From Styela clava (Eukaryota), in contig NC_135252.1 in NCBI RefSeq assembly GCF_964204865.1, positions 13,640,001-13,704,000 on the forward strand: a DNA stretch of 64,000 bases, given 5' to 3'. This document shows positions 41,101-52,574 of this stretch, one piece after another. The position numbers were made by a program, and so were the translations under genes. The first letter of the stretch is position 1, and each line of letters starts with the position of its first letter. The notes under the pieces are model-generated. The model was not told the origin of the DNA and searched no databases. It saw only the letters and a program-made list of their open reading frames with translations.

Positions 41101-44100
41101 GAACTCAGTGTGTTCATAAAGAAGCATTTTGTGACGGACAACCCTATTGTCGGTAGGTTGTTCCTTTTGTGAAGTTTTTAATGTTTGTTCTACTGAAAGA
41201 TAGAGGGAAATATTTATATCTTCATTTGTTGGTCATTGACTTCTCAGGTTTTCAATAATGTGTATCATTTGTTATACTTTTATTTCCCCTAGATTGACTG
41301 TCGTTGGCTGACGTCTGCAACAGTACTTTTCGGAGCAATTAATACTGTTTGCCATCTATACTATTTTTTTATACTTCTAACTGCTAGGCATTGACCATAT
41401 ATATGGTCATTATAAGGGTGCTATCAAAAGACTCTCATACCTGTTTAATTTTGTTTGATTGCTAGTCATATTTATCAGATAAATGAACGTTCATTTCAAC
41501 GCCTAGATTGAAATTCAAAATTACTGAATTAAACTATAATATAAATGCATTATTTCAGTGATGGAAGTGATGAAGTTTTGTACAATGATTCTATTCACAC
41601 CGCCGATGATGGCGTTCCATGTCGAGGTTACCGAGATTTGACAAGAGTTTGTTTACTTCATAATTCTGTTGTTGACAGAGAAGAACACATATGTAATAAA
41701 GGTAGAGAGTTGAAATATTTTGAAAATATTCAATTTCTGAAATTTCAGATATACTCAAAGATGAGATAAGTGATTAAATAAAAAATATAAGCTGAATAAA
41801 TTTTTGGCAAAATTGAAATTGATATTTTTTAAATCAGACAGAATTATTATATTTACTCAGTAGAAGAATATTTATGAAAAATCTTGCATTTCAATCTAGA
41901 CGTCTAAATGTATATATTAAAAATATTATTGTCATTTAAATACAATATTGACATTAATATGCATCTTTTTATTGACAAAATGTATTTTTTTTTGTATCTT
42001 TGGATATGTTCAGAACGTGAGTGTCTAGTTGGAAACTTCAGGTGTTCCGATAAATCAGAATGTGTGAATAAAGAACGCTATTGCGACAGAAACCCAGATT
42101 GTAGGTATGTTGCAAAATTTTCTACACTGTAAAAATGTATACATTTTGCGGTTTCGACGTTATTTATCATTGAATTTATTCTCTGCAGCGATGGAAGTGA
42201 CGAAATTGTATACGATGCCTCAATTCATACAGAGGAAGATGGGTATTCTTGTTACATAGGTGAATGGCAATATCCAAATTGTCTACTTCCCGTAGGAGGA
42301 CATCCGAAACCGCATCATTTTTGTGACCCCGGTAAGCAGGCCTCATTGTTATAAATTCAATTCGAGTTTGGTGCTTTGATAAAATTTTAATGGATGTTGA
42401 TAGATACGATCAATAATTTTCGTGCACTATATGTGTCTTCTAAGCTAAAAGAATTTAAATCGACGCAATTATCATGGGGTTAAATTAATATAGTAGTACC
42501 CAGGAGCATTCTGTACTTGGCCACTAGTAGTGAAAGCATTTTGCTCGAATGTATGTCCCGATCTTAGCAATGTTATCCATTCTTATTTACACCTAATCGA
42601 ATCCAAATTCAATTTCTACTATTAATTCATTTGTTATTACAGAAGTGGAATGTCCCTATGGATTCTTATGTGAGGATGGAAAGCAATGTATTCCAAAAAC
42701 ACAGTATTGCAATTTGGAGAGAGACTGCAGGTACTAACTTAGTTTACTATAATACAGCTTTGAGTGGTAACTGAATATTTTAGCATAGTTTTAAAAATTT
42801 CTTCTTGTCTACGCTGCTAATCAAAATTTTCTCCAAACATCGGACTTTGACGGTATACTGTCCACCAAATTTCACCCTTTGTGAACAAGTGCGATTTTAC
42901 GTTGATAAATATTCTGAAATTGTTTAACCTCATTATACACTTAAAATTATTATGTAATGATGCTAAGCTCATTACTATAAGTTTTTTTTCTCTCAAGGGA
43001 TGGAAGCGATGAAATTGTCTACAATTCGTCAATATTAAAACCAAATGATCACAGAGTAAAATGTAGAAGTTTTGCAAAATTCGATCACTTCTGCTTATTA
43101 GGAGGAAAATTTGTTTTTGATGAAGAGGATTACTGCAATTTAAACGACACACCGCCTATTCAAGGTAACCAGAATTTATTAGAATTTTATTTAAAGTGGA
43201 GATTTGCATGTAATTGAACATTTTACAAACCACGATACCTGGAGAATGCATTAACAATCTTCTTACAATTTTTCAACAGTTGCCTGCAAAGAAGGGTATT
43301 TCAGATGTTGGGATGGGAAAAAGTGCATCGATTTTCATAATTTTTGCGACGAAAGAGTTCACTGCGAGTAAGTTCTTCAATAAGATAGAAATTAAAAGTT
43401 TGAAAAATAAAATTGAAATTTTTGTGTATCTCCTCATTTTATTTTGCCATCCTATTTATTCTTGTCTATTCTGATTCAGTGACGGAAGTGATGAAATATT
43501 GTTCGACTCAGATATTCACACACCAGACAACGGAGTGTCGTGTCAAAACAAATATAGAGACAGATTCTGTTTTCTACCTCACGAATATGATTCTTCAAAG
43601 TATTGTTTCTCTATCGAATTTGATTGTCGTCCTGAATGGTTTGTCTGTGCCAGTGGAACTCAGTGTGTTTATAAAGAAGTATTTTGTGATGGATATTCCA
43701 ATTGTCGGTAGGTTGTTTCTTTTGTGAAGTTTTTAATGTTTGTTCTACTGAAAGATAGAGCGAAATATTTATGTCTCCATTTGTTGGTCATTGACTTCTT
43801 AGGTATTCAATAATGTGTATCACTTGTTATACCTTTATCTCCTCTAGATTAACTGTCGTTGGCTGATGTCTGCAACAGTATTTTTCGGAGCAATTGATAC
43901 TGTTTGCCATCTATACTATTTTTTTATACTTCTAACTGCCAGGCAATGATCATATGGTCGGTAAAAGGGTGCTATCAAGAGTCTCATACCTGTTAAATTT
44001 TGTTTGATTGCTATTCATAGATAAGAACGTCCATTTTTCAACGTCTAGATTGAAATTTGAAATTACACAATTAAATTATAATATAAATGCATTATTTCAG

Positions 44101-47084
44101 TGATGGAAGTGATGAAGTTTTGTACAAAGATTCAATTCACACCGCTGGTGTACCATGTCGAGGTTATCAAGATTTGACAAGAGTTTGTTTACTTCATAAT
44201 TCTGTTGTTGGCAGAGAAGAACACATATGTAATAAAGGTAGAAGATTGAAACATTTGGAAAAGATTTGATTTCTGTAATTTCAGATATACTCAAAGATGA
44301 GATAAATGATTAAATAAATATAGTTAAAAAATTTTGGCGACATTGAGTTTGATATATTTCTTAAATCAGACTGAATTATTATATTTACTCACTAGAAGTA
44401 GATTTATGAAAAATCTTACATCTTCATCGAATTCTAAACCTAATGTATAAAACAAATATTATCATTTAAATACAGCAATATTTAAATTAGTATGCACCTG
44501 ATTAATGGCAAAATGTAATTATTTTATATTTGGATATGTTCAGATCGAGAGTGTCCAGTTGGATACTTCATATGTTCTGATAAATCAAGATGTGTGGAAA
44601 AAGAACGCTTTTGCGACAGAAACCCTGATTGTAGGTATGTTGCACACTTTTCTACACTGTAACAATGTATACAATGGTGCGGTTTCGAGGTTATTTATCA
44701 TTGAATTCATTCTCTGCAGCGATGGAAGCGACGAAATCGTATACAATGCATCCAGATTCATTCAGATGAAGATGGGTATTCTTGTTACATGGGAGAATGG
44801 CAATATCCAAATTGTCTACTTCCCGTAGGAGGACATCGGAAACCGCTTCAGTTTTGAGACCCCGGTAAGCATGCCTCATTGTTACAAATTCAAGTCAAGT
44901 TTGGTGCTTTGATAAAAAGATAATGAATGATGATAGATACGATCAATAATTTCCGTGCATTACATGTGTCTTCTAAAGTAAAACAATTTGAAACAACGCA
45001 GTTTTCATGGGGTTTAATTAATATAGTAGTACCCTAGAACTGCCCTGGCTACTTGTAGTGAAAGCATTTTGCTCGAATGTATGCTCCAATCTTAACAATG
45101 TTATTCATTCTTAAGTACATCTAATATAAGCCGAATTAAATTTCTACGATTAAGTTCCCCTGTTATTGCAGAAGTGGAATGTCCCTATGGATTCTTATGT
45201 GAGGATGGGAAGCAATGTATTCCAAAAACACAGTATTGCAATTTAGAAAGAGACTGCAGGTACTAATTTAGTTTACAACAAAACAGCTCCGAGCGTAACT
45301 GAATATTTAGCAAGTTTTTAATTGCTAATTGAAATTTTTACTCAACATCGGACTATGATGGTATATCGTCCACCAAATTTCACCCTTTGTGAAAAAATGT
45401 TTTTACGTTGATATATTATCTGGAATTATTTAAAATTATTATGTAATGATGCCAAGTCTATTCCTATAAGTTTTTTTCTCTCTCAAGGGATGGAAGCGAT
45501 GAAATTGTCTACGATTTATTGACATTGGAACCTAATGACCACAGAGTCAAATGTAGAAGTTTTGCAAAAGTCGATCACTTCTGCTTACTAGGAGGAAGAT
45601 TCACTTTTGATGAAGGGGATTTCTGTAATTTAGGCAAGCTAATTCACTTGTTATAGTAGTATAAGAAAAATGTTTAGTGAATTCTCCATTATATACTATA
45701 TATTATATAGGAAGTGACATGGCTAGAACTCACAAAAGGTTTAACTTTATTTCTGATTCAGCAATATAAATTATACCTTGAAAATAGATTCTGAATGAGA
45801 AGTTGTAGAATTCTGCATATCGACGAATCAGCAAATAAAACAAAAGATTTTTTTGTTATTTTTAGAATGTTCTGATGACAGTTTCATGTGCGACGACAAA
45901 TCAAAATGTATTGAACGCCATCGATTTTGTGACGGGATAAAAGACTGCGCGTAAGTCATTCCCGATGCAACATTACTTTTTTCCCAAAAATTGAACACGC
46001 TGTCTGTACTAAAAGAATATATTTCTACTATTTTACTTCTCAGCAATATCGAGCTGTGACTTTTTAATCCTGTACTTTTGAATTTGTATGCGATCTGTGT
46101 AATTATTTTCAGTGATGAAAGTGACGAAAGAAGATTTAATGAATACAAAGACAAAATTAAGGGTGTTGGATGCAGAAGTTGGACTCTGTTGAGTCGTATT
46201 TGCTTGTTGCCCACTGATCAGGCTAATAAAAGAAAGAACATTTGTAACGTTGGTTAGTTTGAATTATTGTTTCGTAGGACTAAATTGTATTATAAGGGCT
46301 TTGAAAGTACTCAAATAGTTGATATTAGTATTAATCAAGTTACAATTACAATTGTAAATAAATTCTACACTAATATATATCGATATAAACATTATAAAGC
46401 CTATAAATGTACTTGTTCTGAATATGATTCTTAGCAAAATTGGGGTGCGTTGCTAATACCTTTATTTTTGCATCTTCGTAATGGTAACCAGAGACGGTAA
46501 TTTGTTAATCGGAAAACTCCAGTGAGCTCCTTACACTTTAAGCTATTATCTGTATTACGATACAATTCCTGGTTGAATAATTCTGTTTCTACACCGCGAA
46601 AGTCGTGCCCAGACAAAAATGAGGGAGTGTGTTTCTGACGAATCTAAAGAAAAAGAATGATAAACACCACCACAACCCATACGCTTAATGCGACTAACTT
46701 CGTCATCTACTATTATTTTAGCACCTCGTAGGTGCGATGCAGGGTTTTTCAGATGCTTGTCAGGAATGAAATGCATTCCGAAAGAAAAATTTTGCGATGG
46801 AAGACGAGATTGCAGGTGATGAAATTTACCATTATGTTCAACTAGGAAAGACTAAATAATTTTACGCCAAGTATTTTTTGAAATCACGTCGATAGTCATT
46901 GTCGAAATCGCATTGAAGTTGTAAAAATATATGAGAATCATTTTTTTGCAGGGATGATGAAATAGAATATGACGAGGCAATCCATAGTCCAGATATTGGA
47001 GTTCCATGCCAGGGAAGAAATGGAAAGATCTGTCTCCTCCCTTCAAAATTCAAATCTAACAATCACACTAACATCTGTACATGA
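35110..47084 (+). CDS. Secreted multi-LDL-receptor-class-A-like repeat protein (17 modules, 32 exons, ~1362 aa ancestral frame); exon 44720-44864 disrupted
   Basis: Signal exon 35110-35203 (MVKEFVFKICIFLWTVQVIQSG...). Then exons 35854-35941, 36415-36557, 36835-36925, 36998-37140, 37473-37563, 37909-38075 | 38183-38270, 38361-38588, 38926-39068, 39406-39496, 39570-39712, 40046-40136, 40451-40617 | 40733-40820, 40925-41152, 41559-41701, 42014-42104, 42189-42331, 42643-42730, 42998-43164 | 43280-43367, 43480-43707, 44101-44237, 44544-44634, 44720-44864 (broken), 45172-45259, 45488-45633 | 45866-45950, 46113-46252, 46722-46815, 46952-47084 (TGA). Phases are consistent. Repeated CxxxxFxCxDxxxCIxxxxxCDxxxDCxDGSDE motif, no C-terminal TM segment, AATAAA at ~47275. 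Confidence 0.85.
35820..45640 (+). repeat. Four tandem genomic units (~2.3-2.55 kb) including introns
   Basis: The exon starting TTGCCTGCAAAGAAGG recurs at 35854, 38183, 40733 and 43280. Neighbouring exons and much intron sequence repeat in the same order. Confidence 0.95.
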
Positions 47085-47634
47085 AACGAAGATGTGGACA
47101 GTGCATGAGTTGAGCTATGTTGTTGTTAATATGTTTTATGGCGCTCAAAACATCTGTGGTTATTTGAGTCTAGCTTATAAGTGAAATCGCAATTTCAGAA
47201 TCTGACAAATGCGGATTTTTGTTGTAGCTGTGCGTATCGGTGTTATTTGCAAAAATGTAATGGGTGAAAATTGCAATAAAAATATTATATCGACTCCTAT
47301 GGTAATGCATGTATAACATATGAAACGATGTCTTTAATGTTCTCTGTTCAGAGATCTACACAAAACAAGTCAGCAAGTCCGAACGCGACCCAAACCAGAC
47401 CTTAGATGAAATAGTTGACTTCAAAATTCTGTAACAAAATGATATATTAATGCTGCAAATATGCTTAAGTGTAGAAATTATTATTATTATTAATGTACCA
47501 GGAGATGACAAGCTTGAGCAAACATTACGATGAAGTTTAATTATTGAATAACAGTTCACTCTTCACTGAATGACTTTTCAAAACGGCCAGTTACTCATGT
47601 CCCTCGTCATTATCGCTTTTCATTGTCACCAGGT

Positions 47635-49345
47635 TTAAGCATTCATCCAATCAGGATACATTTTCTCCCAGTCATTTGTAATATTCATCAAATGTGGCCA
47701 CAACACCTTTGACACAAGTTGATTTCCTTTTTCCGAGAAATGTAAACCGTCTTTTAACAACTCTCCTAAATCTAATTCCGAATTCATAAATTCTTCCCAT
47801 AAATTTACGAATCCACATAACTTTGTTGAAGCCACCTGAAAGGAAACAGCATAACCAGAAGTTCATTAAAAAAAATTGTAATATATACTCAATTGTTTCT
47901 AAACACCCTTAAATACATGGGAAGTTTTTGATTGATTTTTTTTATAAACAAAAAATTACAGGCATGTATATAATATGGTATAGATATGAAAAAAATCACT
48001 ATAAATATCGATTGTACCGATCACATAATTATGTATTTAGTCACATTAATTTCCAGATATAAATAGTGTGAAATCAACGATTTTTATATATACTGGTATA
48101 TAACGTGTGTCCACATAACTGATTAAGAGTGGCTCCGTCAGTTAGTAGTAAACGTCTTCAACGAAATATCTTTCTTCAAACTAGTAACTAAATACCTTTC
48201 CACAAGTATCAGCATACAATTTAACAAAATCATTATCTTTATTGCAAACGATGCCGCTTTTTCCATCTTTTAAAAATTTTGTCCACATCTAAATGTAAGC
48301 GCAGTGTTAAAAAAAATGAACGTCTTGTGAACACATCGCGGAAATTCATGCAATTTCTTATCTCCTAATCTTAACACACAAATAGATACTTGCTGTGTGT
48401 TTAATTTCCTTTTACCATTTTTGACATTCTTTGTGTCTTTCTTATCTGTGGAGTTTTCTGAAAACATATATATTATATATATATATTATTAAAAAATGAC
48501 CTAAATTATTACCTCGGGTTCTGTCGCTGGAGGAGACACCACAATGATCTGAGATGCAGGCAGTCCTAGTAGCTGAATGAAGTGTTCGATAAGTTTATGA
48601 AGATTGCTCTCAAATTCTTGTATCGGAACATGCTGCGAGAATCCGGGAAGGAATGAGTCGTTTGCTCCGAAAAATATAACGACAACATCCGATGGCTGTT
48701 ATAAAATGGAATTACGTAATGATCAAACAATTATTCATTAGTCTGTCTGAATTTGAATGAACTAACATCAGATCTGTACAACGATCAATACAGGTTAGAG
48801 GTTCAACGGACAGCACTTCTGAATTTGAAACCGCCGGTATGCTGTTAACGTTCAACACAAAATAGCCTCAAATATTTATACTGCTGTACTAATAATTGTT
48901 GTCTTCTCTTCGATGTCTAACTCAACAATCATTTTTCAAGCAGTGGGCCACAAAATATAGGCCTACGTACGCCAACTGATCCACTAGGAAACATATCATT
49001 TAGCCGGCCCACTGCATTTTTAGTTCAATACCCTTCAAATACCTCTTAATATATATTTATATATATATTGTAGGCTACTAATAAATGTTGTCTTCTCGTT
49101 GGTGTCTAACTCAACAATCATTTCCCAAGCGTGCCACATAATATACTTACGCCAACTGATCCACTAGGAAACAAATCATTTAGCAGGTTCACTGCATTTT
49201 TCGTGCAATACCCTTCAAAACCTCTGTTCAAGACATCTGCTTTTCTCTGTAATTGATCAGCTATAGCTGAACCAAATCCTTGCGGCTGAAACGAGTACTG
49301 GGTCAACGAATCTCCGAAGAAAATCAGTTTCCGCCACGTTGGCAT
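47635..49345 (-). CDS. IAH1: Isoamyl acetate-hydrolyzing esterase 1-like SGNH/GDSL hydrolase, copy A (223 aa)
   Basis: Exons 49345-49151, 48695-48513, 48288-48196, 47835-47635 (all phase 0). Motifs FGDSLTQ, NRGFEGY, FFGANDS, QHVP and DGLHFSEKGN are typical of IAH1. Confidence 0.9.
48887..49046 (-). repeat. Degenerate tandem copy of the IAH1-A exon1/intron1 junction
   Basis: Aligns with ~49075-49226 (CGCCAACTGATCCACTAGGAAAC...CCCTTCAAA), with substitutions and small indels. Confidence 0.9.
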
Positions 49346-50229
49346 GATTGTATACTATATATAACAAAATTACAGTGCTGAAATACTACCTTATGTTGCC
49401 GATATTAGGCCAATGCAAACAAGGTAAATCGGGCAGTATGTTTGTCTATCGGTGGTATGTATACTGCCGTCAGTTGGGAACCAGCGTTTGCCTTATTTTG
49501 ACCAAATAGCATAACGAGCACGTTCCAATCCCAAACAAATATAGTACGGTTCCGTGAAGTCAAAATTTTGTTGTAATGGCAGAAAAACCGTAAATAATGA
49601 TAGGGTAACTGCTAAACTAGTTTTATATGCATAATAATATATACTTGAGTATCATCCAGGTAGTTTTATTGAAATGTGTGAACACGAATAACCCATGCTC
49701 AGTAATACAGCATTAGTTACAGGTACAATTAGTTAGCGAAAAAACGCAGACTTATAGCTAAATATATATATATAATTGGTGTCTACATATGCCGTAAGAA
49801 TGAACTTAATAGCTCTTACCTTGTCATTGGTAGTTTGCGACTATTTCATTCAATGTTCTTTCTAATCTTTTTCGACATAGCGTGCAAAACAGCCTGAGAA
49901 ACAACGCAGTTTCGCTGTCTATATATACCCTAAGGAGAAATAACGATCAGGCGAAGAAAGCAATATAAGAACTTCTTTTCTGGGGCTGTTTCAACATTGA
50001 TTTGCTATCGAAGCCTAATTAATAGCTACCACGTGAAAGCAAACAGCGGAATGCTATATGCGGATCGAGAACGGAAAGATTTGGTTGCATTACATACATT
50101 CAGCCAGGCTGGCGATTCTTTAGGGTATTATGCAATAAGAAGAATCAAAAGATCAACAAAGTACACCATTCAACAAAATTATAAATTGTATTGCGTAATC
50201 CAAATTATCAAGCTTTGCAACTAGTGTCT

Positions 50230-50365
50230 AGTGATCTCCAAACGGTAAACTCTGTTCTTCACGGTACATTTTAAAGTAATCTTAGTTATTCACTCATAAG
50301 TACGCAACCCCATCAATTGAGGTTGTAATGCCACCACGAATAGCTTCCAAGTTTGAGAAACCACT
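50230..50365. mobile_element. Degenerate short hAT-like MITE
   Basis: AGTGATCTCCAAAC ... GTTTGAGAAACCACT form imperfect terminal inverted repeats. No convincing TSD. Confidence 0.35.
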
Positions 50366-50433
50366 TCCATGGAAAACATCATTTATTTCCTCACAATAAA
50401 TTACCTAATGTCTTATTCACCAAAACTCATTTA

Positions 50434-52574
50434 TTATAAATCATAAAACGTTTGCCATTCTGCATAATTCATTTCCCACTCTTCAGACATCTTAAGTATA
50501 TGCGGAAGAATTAGCTTCGTAACTAATCGATTTCCTTCCTCTGAAAAATGAAGTCCATCGTTCAGTAACTTGTTATACTCTTCCTCTCGCATAAAACTCT
50601 CCCACAAGTTTACAAACGGACAAGACATATCCGACGCAATCTGTTATGGAATATTAGCATTATTTAGCCGCCCTTATTTCGAATAATCAATAAAGTAATG
50701 AATGTATACCCGTGAGCAGGCTTCGGCATATTTTTTTGTATTTTCGTTGTCTCTGTCAACCTCTGTTCCTTTGTTCTCTGATATTAAGTGTGCCAACCAT
50801 TTCTGTGTGTGAGATATAAGAATTACAATCAGTTTGCCTGTACAGACCCTTGTTTGGAGCGCCGAAGGTAAATGGTATAAATATATTTCCATATGAAAGC
50901 ATATGAAATAAGCTCTTTAAACGATATGATATTGCAATGAATGAGCTGTGGACTTATATGCGATGGCTATTCGTGGAGACGAATGCAGCAAAATCGATGT
51001 AGTCTAAATTCATAATCTGGTATTATTAATTACGATAAATAACAAGAGAGCTATGCTCAAATATATGGACACGTAGCGCCACCTGATGGCAAAAAAATTG
51101 ATGACGTCATAGCAACAAAAAAAGTAATAGCTTTCTGAAGAAAATTTTTATCTTTAACCATTGAAAATTTCAAAGCAATTGGTCCAGTAATCAAAGAAAT
51201 AAGCGACTTTTTAAAAACGTGTCAAAGAACAAGAACAACAACATAATATTGAAACGATCGCTATGTCCACTATGTGTCCAAAAACACAGCAGTCCCAATA
51301 AATGAGAAACCTACAATACCTCTGTATCAACTACTGGGGGAGATATGATGAGTATTCGCGATGATGGCAATCCAAGTCCTGTAAGGTGGTTGATAATTTT
51401 GCGACAGTTGGATTCATATCTTTGTATAGGAACGTGCTGATGAAAGCCGCTTAGTACAGAATCGTTTGCCCCGAAGCAAACTGTGATGGCATCCTCGGCC
51501 TAAGAAACGAAATACGGACATTGGCGATACAATTACTAAAAATTAACTGGTAAATTTAAAATCATCTGAATAGGTATACTAATCCCAATTAATAAACTAA
51601 AGCAGTGGTCTCGGATAATTTCCTTCCACACTATGCTACTATAAATATATTTGTATGATCTTTAATGGGTCCTAAGTTAATTTTATGCCTAACTTACACT
51701 CTGGCTTTTGCACCTTAGAGTAATTTATAATGTTTGCATAAATATGTATTATAATAATGAAGAATACAAGTAATACTGCAGCAAATACAATGCGAAATTT
51801 CTCCAAGGAATCAACAAAATTGCTCTGTGACAAGGAATTCCTCCTCGGTATGGAAACATGGAAATAAAGTCTTTAAACTGGTTGGATAAACTTGTTTTGC
51901 GTTCACCATGCAAGATAGTGATATACTTTTGAATTACAATTTTCACGGGCAACTATTCAAAAGTATTGTGGTGATAATTCACACAAGCAACTACTGCTAG
52001 TGTGAGGTGTTCAACCACTCAATCGATCTGAACGAGCCGAAAAACAATGCCAGAATGCCTAGTATGGGTCACTACTCACTATGATGTCGCTTTCTCTCCA
52101 AGCTACGTTCTGTACACATGATTACCATAACATGGCCGACCGTATCCATGTGTGAGTTCGCTCCATAGTACTCTCAGTATATACAGTAATAATGAACTAT
52201 TTGAACTTCGGTACGATATCTGCGGACAACATGGTTCTCGTAGTTTTCCGAGACAACCATTCACAGAGCCGATATTATTGACTGTATTCCCTCGGGTGAA
52301 AGCGGGAAGTATACATCTTATTCAATTTATGAAACAGGGAAGTGGAACTACTGTGGCTTCGAGTCGACACCTTTCTTACCTTGAGAGAGCCAGTGGGAAA
52401 TACGCCGTGCAACATTGCAACTGCATTGTCTGTGTTGTAACCTGAAAATCCTCGGTTAATTACGTCCGCCTTTCTCTGTAGTTCATTTGCGATTGCTGAA
52501 CCGAATCCTTGAGGCTGGAAGGAATATTGCGTCAACGAATCGCCGAACAAAATCATTTTTTTCCAAGCAGCCAT
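50434..52574 (-). CDS. IAH1: Isoamyl acetate-hydrolyzing esterase 1-like SGNH/GDSL hydrolase, copy B (224 aa)
   Basis: Exons 52574-52380, 51499-51320, 50802-50710, 50640-50434 (all phase 0), with the same intron positions as copy A. Motifs FGDSLTQ, NRGFSGYNT, FGANDS and DGLHFSEEGN. Confidence 0.9.
51041..51282. mobile_element. Short non-autonomous repeat (Helentron/DINE-like architecture) in an IAH1-B intron
   Basis: Begins AACAAG (CTTGTT end on the minus strand). Subterminal inverted repeats TGGACACGTAG (51066-51076) / CTATGTGTCCA (51270-51280) and an internal AAC-rich simple tract. Confidence 0.5.

Noticed and set aside
38240-43727. Hydrophobic ORFs 38240-38698, 40846-41172 and 43413-43727
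   Set aside because: Off-frame readings across the 228-nt LDLa exons and introns. They recur only because the DNA is duplicated.
44855-44857. TGA at a Cys position as selenocysteine
   Set aside because: The same exon has an upstream +2 frameshift and I saw no SECIS-like element, so a nonsense mutation is simpler.
35854-45633. Regularly spaced repeats as a CRISPR-like array
   Set aside because: The repeats are spliced coding exons with GT-AG boundaries in eukaryotic DNA. No cas genes and no repeat-spacer geometry.
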